Shown here in pieces: positions 1 to 12,603 of a DNA stretch of 64,000 bases (within the stretch, counting starts at the first letter, position 1; every line of letters starts with the position of its first letter). The translations under genes and the position numbers were made by a program. Origin of the DNA: Trichosphaerium sp. ATCC 40318 (taxonomy: Eukaryota; Protista; Tubulinea); the NCBI GenBank assembly GCA_038496445.1, contig JALMLS010000334.1, positions 124,001 through 188,000 of the forward strand. Direction: 5' to 3'. A model generated the notes under the pieces. The model was not told where the DNA came from. It worked only from the letters and a program-made list of their open reading frames with translations, and made no database searches.

Positions 1-395
1 TTCCCAACGAACAACTTTCTCAAGTTTGCCAATTGTTTGATATCAGGTACATCAGGTGTACTCTCTATGTTCTCTAGTGTTATAATATGACAATCAGAGA
101 ATTTTGGAATACAAATTAAGCTTTTTAGGGAAGCGAAAATGAGATTGGTCTTTTTTCTAATACTATTCCATCTTTTGACAATATCGGCATTTGATGGTGT
201 TATACATATGTTGTTGTACCCAACGAAGTCGTGAATGATCAACGAGAACTTAGTACACGTTTGAGATACGGCTATCTTATCTAAATCGGTCTCTAAGAGT
301 GTAATAATGCCGTACAGTACTTCTAGAGGTAAATCTAATGCGTTTGTTTGTTTTTCTTGTATTAACGCTTCTCGCTTACATAGCGGTTCTGACAT
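1..395 (-). CDS. F-box (probably F-box/LRR) protein, 3'-partial
   Basis: ATG at 395 on the minus strand reads MSEPLCKREALIQEKQTNALDLPLEVLYGIITLLETDLDKIAVSQTC (F-box-like LPxEVL...I...VSQTC) and stays open off the window edge. Confidence 0.6.
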   Translation of the reverse strand, partial: MSEPLCKREALIQEKQTNALDLPLEVLYGIITLLETDLDKIAVSQTCTKFSLIIHDFVGYNNICITPSNADIVKRWNSIRKKTNLIFASLKSLICIPKFSDCHIITLENIESTPDVPDIKQLANLRKLFVG

Positions 396-803
396 GGATT
401 GTATTTACGTTTGGAATGCCTGTACACGCGGAGAAATTAACCCTGCTTAACGGGCGATTAAGCTAACGTCACGCGTTTATATAGTAGTAAACACGTGACG
501 ATTAGAAAGAACATGTACTAATTTGAACGTTTAGAAGAGGTCCAGTTGCTTTCTATTGTATCTTACGTGCCAAGTCACGTGCCTACCAAACCCGGAAGAG
601 GTGGTTATGTGGTATAGGTAATAAGAAGGTATTCTTTGTGATACACTGCAGTTATTTAAGATTCTCGTTGAGCGGTTTAAGTCTTAGCGTTGGCTATCTC
701 GTACTATGAGCTCCAGTTGCTGTACTAAATCTAGGTATGCTACTCACTCGCTTTAAATGGTGTAACACATAAAAGCGCCCATGTTGACACAGAGCGCGAG
801 CCA

Positions 804-1750
804 ATGTTGTACGAGACGCTAGAAGACATGGATCTTTATGATGGAGTAATCAGGTTATTTTATAAATGAGTTTTAAGTTATTTACAGTTTACTCAAGGGG
901 AGCTCGCCAATACCCTATGCTCATGCTTAGTGATATACAAAAAATAGCGATAAAGCCAATAGTTGAAGGTTTCTTTTTAATACAGTATCATTTAGACAAA
1001 AACTTTCTCTTTTTCAAAAAGCTTTTTTTTTTTGAAAACTTTTACTGTGCTCAACGAACTGGTTAGGAAATGATATGATTATTCGTTATCCGTCATGTTC
1101 TGGAAAAACGTTTGCCTACCTTATTGGTATTCTTCAGATGATAGCGTCTACATATGACCCTAGTTGCATCAAGATGGAGGCACTGATTATACCGTATTGC
1201 AGGGAATTAAGCTTTGGCCTTAATAATCAACTTAAGAGTCTGTCAAGGTATACAGATGTCAACACGGTCTTTGCTTCTACAATGATTGACAAAGATAAAC
1301 TTGATATCAAGTGCTCTAGTATATGTATTGGTACACCAAGGTCCATAATAAAACATAAAGAAGTACGTGAACACTCAAGAAATTAAAAAAAATCACGTGC
1401 AAGAGGGTTTTGGAATCTTATTTTTTTCTTGATTGTTATCCTAATTAAAATGCAAAGGTTTTATTAGTTGATAGTGTAAAAGTTTTAGTCATAGATGAGC
1501 CTCGTTATGAATATTTAAACTTGATAGAGAAAATAATCAAACAGCTTCCAAAAGATGTACAAGTTTGTACGTTTAAAACTTGCAAAAATTTTAGTCTTCG
1601 TCACTATATAGTAGTTTGTATGTTAAAAAAGGCAGTTTTGGTGTTATTCTTGAGAGTGTCGCAAATGAAAACGAAGAGCTGTTCAAATGGGCAAAAAAAG
1701 TAACAAAAAAGCCAAGGTTTATTATTTCAAGCTCAGCTTACACTTCGTAA
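804..1750 (+). CDS. Degenerate eIF4A-like DEAD-box protein, N-terminal RecA domain only (possible pseudogene)
   Basis: Spliced exons give YETLEDMDL, SDIQKIAIKPI (Q motif), SCSGKT (I), PYCREL (Ia), GTPRSI (Ib), VIDEPR (II); no SAT motif, stop at 1748-1750; true start uncertain. Confidence 0.65.
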
Positions 1751-1857
1751 TGCAATGAGGTAAGCCTACGACTAGGAAGTAATTGTTGATCTAATGCCAC
1801 CATAGCTCATTGGCCAAATATTGATTGTAGTACAACCAAGGAGCTCTAAGATTTATA

Positions 1858-2793
1858 TTAAACAACTTTTTTGGTCTTTAACTTTTTCAACACTTGAGAG
1901 TCTTCATCAATACTCTTTCCTTCAGCCTTACGTTTAATACCACATTTGAGACTATTGCCTTCACTTAAACAATCAAGTTTACTTCCTAGATCCAAAGGTT
2001 CCATATCATAAGCAGATTCCGATAATATTGATATAATTTCGAAGAAAATCTCTTCTGGTAACGATTTAAACACATTATGTGGTCTATGTTGTAACCTTAA
2101 TATCATCAATGAAAGAACCTGATTCCTGAAATCAACTGGAAAATAGTGATGAGTATCTTTACACCAATCATGAATACTATGTTCTTGTCCATACTGAGAT
2201 GTTGGCCCGCCCGATACTTTCACGTGATTCATCCATTTATAGTCCGTAAAAGTCACTCTAAATGTTGTTGAAACGCTATTCACACATACATACTCATCAA
2301 CCTCTTCATCTTCTATGTCCAAGTTATTCTCTTCCAAGTATTTTTCAACATCTTCTTGTGTCATACCATCTTGGCTTAGAAGTATCACGTTTTGGATATA
2401 CTTGCTTGGTAGATGAGGGTTGACATCAAATAGGCTTATATCAACTTGAGACAGAGGTGGTAATGACTCTTTTCTTGTGTAAGCAAGCCAACGTTGAAAA
2501 CGCTTCTTGTCTAAGATTTCTCTCTGTTTTTCATATTCTTCTTGTTGTTCTTCTTCTAACTCGTTCCATGCACCATATATGTCAGCGTCTTCGTCTTTTT
2601 TAAGCAACTCATTAGCAAATACTGAGATATCGCTACAATAGTAGTGAAAACGTCCAGAAGGGTATATTTCGCGCTCTAGTGCGTAATAATAATCTGTATG
2701 GCGTCTTTCTAATTGTTCAAATAGAACACGAAGTACAAATGTTCCAACCTCTTCAGCTTCAGTAACACTGCGCTGGCCAGTCGTATCCTTCAT
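1858..2793 (-). CDS. Intronless hypothetical protein with an HMG-box-like segment, a C-terminal F-box-like motif and a basic tail
   Basis: Long uninterrupted ORF; GAWNELEEEQQEEYEKQ resembles HMG helix 3; FKSLPEEIFFEIISIL; KRK...KKLKTKK. Confidence 0.6.
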   Translation of the reverse strand: MKDTTGQRSVTEAEEVGTFVLRVLFEQLERRHTDYYYALEREIYPSGRFHYYCSDISVFANELLKKDEDADIYGAWNELEEEQQEEYEKQREILDKKRFQRWLAYTRKESLPPLSQVDISLFDVNPHLPSKYIQNVILLSQDGMTQEDVEKYLEENNLDIEDEEVDEYVCVNSVSTTFRVTFTDYKWMNHVKVSGGPTSQYGQEHSIHDWCKDTHHYFPVDFRNQVLSLMILRLQHRPHNVFKSLPEEIFFEIISILSESAYDMEPLDLGSKLDCLSEGNSLKCGIKRKAEGKSIDEDSQVLKKLKTKKVV

Positions 2794-3118
2794 CGTTACG
2801 TCTAGCTGTCTCTTATTAACGTTAACATTGTTAATTTCGTAGTAGAAAATATAACCCATCCTGTTTAGGCTTACAACAATGCTCCACACTGAGAAGCAAC
2901 ACTTAAAGTTTTAAGTCATTCTTTCATTGAAAACAATTTCAACCGTTGTGACTATTACTACTGGTAGGCTAGACAAAGAAACACTCGACTATCATTTATG
3001 GCAACAAGATGTGAGTACCGAACAACGAAGTATTGGCGTATTATTAGGAGTACAGCACCGCAAGTCTTTGTTTTTACAGCAGTACATTTACTCAAATGTT
3101 GTACAACAACAAATAAGA

Positions 3119-5315
3119 TCACTTCTTTGAGAGCTGTTCCAAGAGTTGAATCTAGAAAAACGTGTCAATAACGACAATAATAGGGGTTAAAAAACTAAAT
3201 TATAAGTGGGTACCTTTGATTCAAGAAATTTTTCGCGTTCCTAAAGTAATTTTGTAAGTTACAATATTTTGGTTGAGGTAAAACAAGAAATGTACCTTCC
3301 AAGCTTCCTCTTTTTCTTCAAATTCTTCTTCAACAAACTCTAGCTTGCCTTCGAGATGGCTTACTTTTAATTTATTTGTCTGAGCAATAATCCTTGGATA
3401 GATATCTCCTACAAACAAAATTAAAACAAACCAAAAAAAAAAATGACGATATTCAAAAAATGACCAAAAGAGCCTTGTAGCGTTTACCTGGTCTTAGATT
3501 CTTCATACGCTCTGTGAACACATGTAACCCAAAATTTTCTTCACCATCAGCTGACCACATAGAGTCAACTACTTTTTCTAGATTACGTCCATTTGCGAAA
3601 TTTTGAGTTACTACAATCAAACTTAGAAACTTGCGTCATTTGTTGAAGCATTCGTACCAGAAATTGTAGTTGTAAGATTAAGTACAGAGTGCCACCAACC
3701 AGAAGGTATGAAAACCATATCACCCGCCTCTTGTACAAACTCAATAGGCTTGACACGTGGGTCAAGTTTAGGATAATCAATGAAATACCAACGAAGTGGA
3801 TCACGTGAATTAAAATCTTGAAGTAAATCGTTCTCATCATAATAAGCAACACTTGCTGGAGGAACAACATTTGCAGGGTATAAAGCCCATCGTTTTCTTC
3901 CATACAATAGAGCATTCCAAGCAGATGTTCCATTTGGATCAACATGGAAACTCGATCCAGAACGTGCAGGCCCCATAACAAACCATCTATAATCAGGTCT
4001 TCCTTTTTCTGGATTAAGCAAAACATTTTACAAAAGAACTTAAACGTACGGTCTCCCAGCCCTGCGAATAGATCTTCCCAAAAGTGAGGTGGTATAACAT
4101 AGTCTAATATTTATTTCAGTCATATAAGAGTTTGAAATAAATACCTTCTAGAAGCTCTGGTGCACGCTCAGCAAATGTGTTGTCAAAAATATATAAAGGT
4201 TTTGTATCTTTCTGATTGTTGATGTACTCTACAAAGTCTTTCATTGTTACTTTTACCTAGTTCTTATGATTAGTATTAGAATAATGTTTATGGTAACCAT
4301 ACACGATCTCTATCAGCTGTAAATCGTGATGTTTTAAACAACACATCACCGAAACGTTTAGCAAGCTTTTCAGGTGTCCATTCCAACTCTGATTCAGTAT
4401 CCCAACTTTGCCAATCCTCTACAACGCCCTGAATAATTACAGGCGTATTTGGTTCTTCCTGTAATGCGTTAATATTATTATAAACCTTTTTCATTGTACA
4501 AATAGCAACTGAAACTTTGCTGGAGTCAAATCACGAATATGTATTCGAGGCACATTCATTGTATCATGAGCGTAATTTTCAAGTTGTGCTTGGCTCCTAA
4601 GACGCGTTAACACCTTAAAAAAACAACAAAAGCTATGCAAAGACATAGGTTATCGTACCTATACCATCTCTCATACTGATACTCAGAGTAGAAACCTGTT
4701 TTTTTGGAAGTTTAGCGAAGAAATTTCACATTTTTTGACACATTGCAAAAAAAAAAAAAAAAGTTACCATCGTATGTCTTCGGGTTTGACTTGAATGTCG
4801 GGTAAAATGTTTTCAAGTATGTCTGACGCCAGCTGCCGTCAGGTGAGAAATTAAACATTCCAGCGCCTGTGAAGGGTGTCAGCAAGCTTTAAATTTCTTT
4901 TAAACGCCTCTTAATTTGATTGTACCCTTGTTTAATGTTAGTTTACGCCATAAACTGTCTACCATGCTAAGTTGGAATAGTGCTTTGCTCGTTCTAGTTT
5001 GTACATGTTAAAAGGGTATTAAGTAGGCGCTGTGAAGCGTTTTTATGCCTGTTTACGCTAGTGACGCCTCGTACAGACAACTCGCCTAGGTATTGGTAAA
5101 TTCCAGATGGCATGGTATGATAACGTACGTATAATACGTATGAGTATGTTGTCGGTTAAAGTTTTTAGAGAGCCTTTCTACGAGTTAATTTTCTACACGG
5201 CAGGATCTATTCACGCACCTAGGCCACTCTTGCGCAACGCTGTGCCTTTCTTAGTTACACCACGCAAGTGATCTGGTATTTGTGCAGGACCACCTTCTTT
5301 GCCTTTTGATTGCAT
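3119..5315 (-). CDS. F-box + JmjC domain protein (JMJD6-like)
   Basis: PDYRWFVMGPARSGSSFHVDPNGTSAWNALLYGRKRWALYP and FIPSGWWHSVLNL (HxD...H); N-terminal LKTLTDNILIRI F-box; multi-exon. Confidence 0.9.
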
Positions 5316-6129
5316 AGTCGTTGTACTTGCCAATGTAAGCAGGTGTGTAAGGCTTAATTTGTGGTGTCAACGCCTTTCTACTTTTGTTGAACCAGCGCTA
5401 ACAAGTACAACGAATGCAAAAGCCGCACACAGGTATGACCATCACCACGCTATTAAATAACTAGTCAACAGCCGTAATCCGCTACTCTACACGCATTTCA
5501 ACTGCTGTACGATCTTTCATGTAATTAATCGGTGTATCTCATCAATTTATAGCGATTGGCGCCAGTGGTTGGACCTATAGGTTTGTATGTGCTTTAAACT
5601 CTATTTTAATCTTATTCACGCTACTAACAGATCAATTAAACGTGTGGCAGATCAAATAGAGTCAGGTACCATCTTTAACATGTATTTTCTCGTTAACGAA
5701 ATTTAAGTAAAAATTACTAACTTTTTTGAAAGCTGCTCCTAGGCAGGTCGTTGGAAAGCTGTTCGTTCATTTGAAGTTTTACGACAGAGTGCGTGCAACC
5801 GCTTTTTTTTTTTTGCCAACACTTTCCAACTAACGCGTTAATAAGTACAACTATTCCATCAAGTTTGTAGCACCTACCATGACAATGGTACAAACGAAAA
5901 AGAAACTGACACATGTCAGATATCGCTAACTTACTCACCAGATTCGCTCATCCTTACGCACTACACAAATAGTAACGCTAGACCTCGTTATGAGAGTCGC
6001 AAAACGCAACATGGTCGAAAAAAAGACTTTTGCGCTTTCACTATGTACGTCGGTTCACACGTGAATAATCTGACACCTTTTGTAGCTAGTGCAGTCTTAG
6101 AAGTGTTGGGTAGTATCAAATTTTGCCAT

Positions 6130-9100
6130 ATGATGGTTGAAGGCGAAACAGCAAAAGAAGTAACCAAGAAAATTCAAAGCGGTCTAATAGTTATTCCCCA
6201 CGCGAGTACTGTTAAAGCATGGGACTGGGATTATGCTATATGAAGAAAGAATCACAAAACAGGCTTATTGAAAAAACAAACAAGCGTGTAGAGGGTATGT
6301 AAGTAGCGTGAGATGGTTTGTACAATAGGAAAAAAGTAAAAATAAAAGTTCAACGAGAATAGTTTGAAGACTTTGAGGGACCACTTTTCCTTTTGATTTT
6401 CGGGCTATCCTCACAAGTAAGATGCATGAAATACAAAATAAAGTGCGCGAAGGTGTGTCCAAGCTTGGCCTTAACATCTCAGACATATCTGATGACCTAA
6501 GTAAACTTATTCCACGCGAGGTAACTATTTTTTTTCGCAACTTACTTACACAAATTGCACTATTCGCTGGCGAGCGTAAACGAACCGCTCAATTAAGCAA
6601 ATGTGGAGGAAGCTTTTTATTCCGCACCAAAACCCTCCTAACACCATTAGGTGTTTAAAAAATCAACAAAAAGAGCTTTACGAGGACTATTCTTTTCAAT
6701 TGCATTTTGCGTCGTTGGTTATGTTGGCTTGGCACTATTGCCAGCCACATACTACCCAGTCTACCCGCTGCTATGGATGTTCTTAGGAGCAGCATTCGCT
6801 GGGGTGCGTAAAATAGTCGTCAATTCGTAACATAACTTCCTTTATAGCTTATGTCCATCCTACACGACTGTAGAAATGGTTCCTTCTCTTCAAACTCATA
6901 CATAAACAATGTAGTCGGGAACATCGTGCGTTTTTTTTTTTCGATTTTTTTTTTTGAACGTTTTCTGGTAAATCTTGTATTACCACAGCCTCATCAATCC
7001 CCTCTAGGTTTCTCTACCACTTATGTTACCTTTTGATTCATGGCGTTTACAGTACGAGATGCAAGGTAAAAGGTTCGAGAGCATGTACAAAAGTACGTTG
7101 AAATAACAAAAAAAAAAAAAAAAAAAAAAGGAAAGTAGTTTTGTGCGTTATTAATATGTATGCGTAGGTCTAGCAAATCGTTGGACATGGTACCTCACAT
7201 CTTTTTCAACCTTTGTTCAAGTCAACTTTGACATGAGCTTTGTTTACCGTAAGGGTAACCGTAGGAGGTTCGTTATTATTTTAAATAAGCCCTGAAGTTA
7301 TAAAACATTGTTTTGATGTATTTTAACGGGTTTTTGTTTGCCCGTTTACTGATTTTTTTTTTTTCATCTTAGAATCATCTTTTCTCTTGCTTGTATGTAC
7401 GCTTTTGGTACATTCTTTGTTTATACAATGTACCAATATCTTGGCATCTGGGGTCTATGTAAATTCTGGTTGTTGCCTTGGTTAGCTTATCACTTTTGGG
7501 TACGCATCTCTATGTGAACTTTTTTTTTTTAACTCAAGTGATCCTCTTTGGTTTTTTTTTCTGGACTAAGAAAGTGTGCACTAACGCGAGATTCAGATGA
7601 GCACATTTATTTCAGTAGCATATAAGCTACCTTTATTGGAGAACCACTCTGTTCGTTTCACTTTGGCTTTCCCTTGTAAATACCCTAAATGGCTTGAAAT
7701 TGTCACAAACGATATCAACTACGCTATTACTACAACTCGCGTGCTTTCAGAGCGTTTTCAAGAGATTCCTACGCACAATCTTCGTAAGACTTTTGGAGAA
7801 CTTAAATCCTCCCTCAGAGCTAAACTAGACAATGTAAGATGCTCCCACGCTAATATTATCTTATCGGAAACTAATCTAAGCTATTCAGGTCGATTTGCCT
7901 GAGTTTGCATTTGGCTTTGGATTGTTGCAAAAGTTGAGCTACAAGGAAGGAAAGCAACGCACAGTGCTCAGCACTATTATGGGCTGCCTTAAAGAGTTTA
8001 ACTGGATAACTGGAACCTGGCTCACTATTACCCCTATTATCGCCGCCTACGGTACGTTTAAGCTCGTTTGAATCGTTTGTAGTTCGTTTTGCAACTAGTA
8101 TAAACAATTTACGCAAAAAAAGGGCAAACTTTCGCTTTTTCAGGCAACTAAGTGCGTTTTTTAGGAATTTTCACTGTCCCAACGCAAGCAGCTACTTTGA
8201 TTGTTGCATTTATCTTTTATTGTGTCGGAGGATTCGGTATCACTGCTGGATACCACAGACTTGTTTCTCACCGCGCTTATGACTGTCATTGGCTCATTAA
8301 GGTAATTGTTTTTTTTTGGTTGAGATTCTCCGAACATATTTTTTTTTTTCGTCAAAAATACGTTTATTGACGATATTGACTGATTTTTGTTTTTAAAGTA
8401 CTTCTTGATTGCTTGTGGTACTAGCGCATTTGAAGGATCTGCTTTATGGTGGGCTACTGATCACCGTGCTCATCACAGATTTGTTGATACTGAGAAGGAT
8501 CCTTATGCTATTGTAAAGGGTTTCTGGTGGGCACACGTACGATTGCGATTTTGGTTGTTTCTGAGAGTTAACAAGCTTTTGTAGATTGGTTGGTTGTTCG
8601 TAAAGCAAGACCGTGAGAAGATTGGCAAAACTGATTGCCGTGATTTGCTAGCTGATCCTGTTATTCGATTCCAAGATGACTACTACAGCTTTTTGGCTCT
8701 TTTGAGTGGTATCTTCCTACCTGCTGCTATTTGCGGTCTAGGATGGGGTGATTGGGCTGTAAGTTATTTATTGATGGCATTTTCAGTTTATTTACAAGCG
8801 CGTAGGGAGGTTTCGCTTACGCAGCGTTTTTCAAATCTGTCCTTCTCTCACACTCTACTTTTTGCATCAACTCTGTAGCTCATTACGTTGGTGATGATAC
8901 TTTTGATGATATCAGAACTCCTAGAGATTGCTGGTGGGTGTCTCTCATGACTTTCGGAGAAGGTTACCATAACTTCCATCATCAATTCCCATACGGTGTG
9001 TTATCAATAATGTGCAACTTGGAGCGCGAACTCATTTTTTTGTAGATTACCGTAACGGTTTGAAAGATTTTGCTTTTGATCCTTCTAAGTGGGCCATTTG

Positions 9101-9621
9101 GACATTAGAGCGCTTTGGACTTGCTTTCAACGTTAAGCGCTTCCCATCAGAGGAGATTCGCAAGTGTGAACTCCAAATGAAGTTGGAAAAACTTAACAAA
9201 AAAGTTGGTATGTGTACTGGTTTTTTTTTTTTGCTGACTTTTTGGTAGCTGAATGCGATTGGGGTCCACCAGTTGAAACATTGCCTGTAATGCCACTTTC
9301 TCAAATGGAAGATCGTGTAAAAGAGGGCGCTCAATTGATACTCATCTCAGGTCTCATTCACGATGTCACTGATTTTATAGATGAGCACCCTGGTGGTAAA
9401 GGTTTTATAAAGGCTTACATTGGTAGAGATGCCACTAAAGGTAACGCTTTTTTTTTTTTTGTGATTTGTCACGTAGACACATAACCGAGTAGACAAGTAA
9501 TAATGATTTTTTTTTAGCGTTCACAGAGACTGTTTACAATCACTCAAGAGCTGCTCGTAATCTATTGGCTCGCTTCCGTGTTGCCAAAATCGAGAACGTA
9601 GAAGCTGTCAAGCAAGACTAA
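6130..9621 (+). CDS. Fusion of an inactive FAD6/DesA-like Delta12 desaturase domain with an Ole1-type Delta9 acyl-CoA desaturase and C-terminal cytochrome b5
   Basis: Exons splice in one frame. C-half has GYHRLVSH, DHRAHHRF, GEGYHNFHH and b5 EHPGG. N-half has FAD6-like KFWLLPWLAYHFWMSTF and YPKWLEI but no intact His boxes. First two exons less certain. Confidence 0.88.
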
Positions 9622-10167
9622 TTTTTTTTTGGTGTAATCTTGTAACTAGCCAAGCAACAAGAAATAAAGAGCACCACTCTCTGTAAAAAATGTTTGAAAT
9701 ACTTTGAAGGTTTTTTTTAATATGTAGAAAAGTCACAACATTCCAGGTCACGTATTACAAGTCGTCGCTCAATGCCCGCGTTTAGGATTTGACAAATCGC
9801 CAACGATTTATTCAAAGGACCGTTTTAAGGTTGGTTGAAAGCTAGAAAAACGCCAATTAAATAGATCTATCACATTAACTATTCATTTAGCGTCTTGCTG
9901 CGTATAGAACTGGACAAAACTTTTCGTAGACGGTCAATCCAATATTCTATAGTTCGTCACACGGTAGTTGTAAAGAATTGTACAAAAAAATGAATAGCAG
10001 TTTTCTTATTTTTTTCCTACTTTTAGCACGAATGTACGCACCGAAATAGGCGAGCAATATAGATAATTGGCTATATTTGATCACCGTGTACTTAAAAACA
10101 GTATTCAACCCACAAAAAATTACATTACGTTTCTGAATGCATTTCAACAAGTATTTCTTTAGTGTTT

Positions 10168-11082
10168 TTATTTACATGTTTTTTTTATTGATTTCAAAAA
10201 CATCGATGGTGACCTGTGTGCCATTCTAATGAAAGGATGGTCTAAAAGATCTTTTGCTTTTGTTCCACGTACAGAACAACATCGTACAAAATCGAGGAGT
10301 GTATCATCGGTAGTTAGTGAGATCATTGCCTCACCGATCAATTTGTTGTTTTTCCACAGGTCTTCAACGTTTTGTGGTGAGTCTACAAAACCTTTCGGTT
10401 TGTAGGTAATACACCGTCGTATCATTAGATCCATTGCCATACGGCCTATGGAGAAAGTATCGTCTGTAGGAGAGTACCCTTCGTGTTGAGCGCTCGGATC
10501 TACAAAACCTGCAGTACCTTCTATTCCATACCCGATGTCCTTTAGCTCTGGTACGCCAACAGCGTGGCCAAAGTCGGCGAGTTTCGGCGTACCGCAAGGC
10601 AAAATCATGACGTTCTCAGGTTTTATGTCGTGGTGAACAATACCTTTCTCTTGCAGTTCGCAAACTGCGTGTAAGACAGCTTTGGTGATGTATGCCGCCG
10701 AAGCCATTTTCAGAGGTTTGTTGGCTGCAAGAGAGGCTGCGTCGCATTTGGCAAGCGGTAGTATGACTGCAGGGCCGTTTGGACCCTTTTCTATGACTTC
10801 TACCGGCCGCATGATATTGTCGCTGGTCGTGAGGCGCTGTATCTTCGCTTCACGTACGAGGTTGCACCGTTCTAGCTTGTTTTCGGCCTTCGAAAGGCCA
10901 CTTCTGTTTACGATTTTCATCGCGTACGTTTCGTCAGTCCTAGTGTCGGTGCAAGTGTAAACAATGCCGCAGCCACCTTTACCGAGAATGGCGTCTTCGT
11001 CGATAACGTACTTCGATTGCTTTGTACTCTTCTTAAAGATGTTGCAGAAAGAGTCGAATCCGTGTTTGAGGGAGGAAAACAT
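10168..11082 (-). CDS. Intronless Ser/Thr protein kinase
   Basis: LGKGGCGIV, YAMK, HHDIKPEN, LADFG, GTAGFVDP; 304 aa single exon. Confidence 0.92.
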   Translation of the reverse strand: MFSSLKHGFDSFCNIFKKSTKQSKYVIDEDAILGKGGCGIVYTCTDTRTDETYAMKIVNRSGLSKAENKLERCNLVREAKIQRLTTSDNIMRPVEVIEKGPNGPAVILPLAKCDAASLAANKPLKMASAAYITKAVLHAVCELQEKGIVHHDIKPENVMILPCGTPKLADFGHAVGVPELKDIGYGIEGTAGFVDPSAQHEGYSPTDDTFSIGRMAMDLMIRRCITYKPKGFVDSPQNVEDLWKNNKLIGEAMISLTTDDTLLDFVRCCSVRGTKAKDLLDHPFIRMAHRSPSMFLKSIKKTCK

Positions 11083-12333
11083 GATGTGCTTCGAGTATAG
11101 TTATCTTTCGGATTTGTGCGTTTACTCGTGTAGTTTCATAAAAAGCTACACGAGTTTCTTACTATCGTGATATAGAATCTGTGGTCATATACAACGCAAG
11201 GCTCGAAGGGCACGGATTTGAGAAGTCGAAAGACTTTACTTGCAAAAAGTACCCGAAAACCGGTAGAATTTATAGTAACGTAGCAGCTACGTACCACTAT
11301 TACACATATCCGCTTCACGATAGCATAGCTGATAAAAGTATAGTCTAAAATCAAGAAATAACAGACAAAAAAAGAATCAGAAACAGTTCTAAGGAGGCCT
11401 CTACGTGTGCGAAGGCGTTCTCACTAAGTTCCAACTACTCTGAAGTACGCATTTTTGCTTCTAAAATCCATGATCGGTAGAACTAGCTTACAAGAGCTTT
11501 AAAGTATCGTGTATCTAAGAGGTACACGTCGTGGCTCGCGTTAACGTATTAGAGTCTACAAAATAAAGGCGCACGCTATTTTGAACTGAAAGAGCGCCAA
11601 AAAGGTTACAGTGGCATCACAGTTATACGACTATCTCTCGTATTACATACAAAGCTTATTTGAGAGCGAAAATCAACCGAAAATCGGTAGCGGTACGATC
11701 ACGTTTTTTTTTGAAACCGAAAAGGCAAGTACCAGGTTCAAACCGTCACCAACGCTATGATTCATTTACGTTATAAAATTGGGGCATATTTTGAGCGACA
11801 AGTATTGGAGAGAAGCTACAACAGAAAGATCAACCTTTTTTTGGATCAAAACAACACGAAAACGCCTTACTTTACATCAATAACGTACAACTAGTAAATA
11901 AAGGTTGATTACGCAAATTCTCAGTTCTTCGGATTCTTGCTATTTTGTATTTCCTTAATATCCCTTGTAAATATAGATGAGTCTCAAAATACGCGTGGGA
12001 GATACCACATAGGAACGTAGAAACCTCGTAAGTTGCTTTTAAGCCTTTTTCGAATTTCACTTTTTTTCACATTTGTTTCTCAACAAGACAATCCCGATTT
12101 ACTTCATAACTCCACATCTTAAAACCCAACTTCAAAATCCGTATATCTACTACCGATTGGACTTGATATGCTTTGATTACCGCGTACAACACATTGGAGC
12201 GGTTATCTCAAAAACCATAGCAAACCACAATTTTTTTGCAACAAGAAATTACTTGGTTAAAAGCAAAATCGATTTTTTTATCTAGTGGAAGCATACGAAT
12301 ACAAAAACTACAATATCTATACTTCTGCTTGAC

Positions 12334-12603
12334 ATGTCAAGACTACTCCGAGCAGTGCGAAAGTACGCTCGTAAAAAATACGATTCTCTCCTGGGCAGAC
12401 CATTAGTGATTAAAGTCACGGTCACAGTCCCTAAAAGCATCCTGGTTCACACCAGACCAAACTACACCTACGCTCTGACTTGGGACCCACAGGTAGAAGA
12501 CCTCTACTACCCACCTACAGGCGTAGAAAATATCATAATGATATCCAGCTATGACATAGATCTAGCAAAAATGGCATTCGAAGGCGGAAGCCCAAGAATG
12601 TGA
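12334..12603 (+). CDS. Small hypothetical protein (89 aa)
   Basis: ATG-initiated, protein-like ORF in otherwise intergenic DNA; no recognised domain; followed by a long A tract. Confidence 0.4.
   Translation: MSRLLRAVRKYARKKYDSLLGRPLVIKVTVTVPKSILVHTRPNYTYALTWDPQVEDLYYPPTGVENIIMISSYDIDLAKMAFEGGSPRM

Noticed and set aside
6520-6650. Intronic two-hairpin element resembling an H/ACA snoRNA
   Set aside because: No ANANNA H box between the hairpins, and the ACA overlaps the CTAAC branch point
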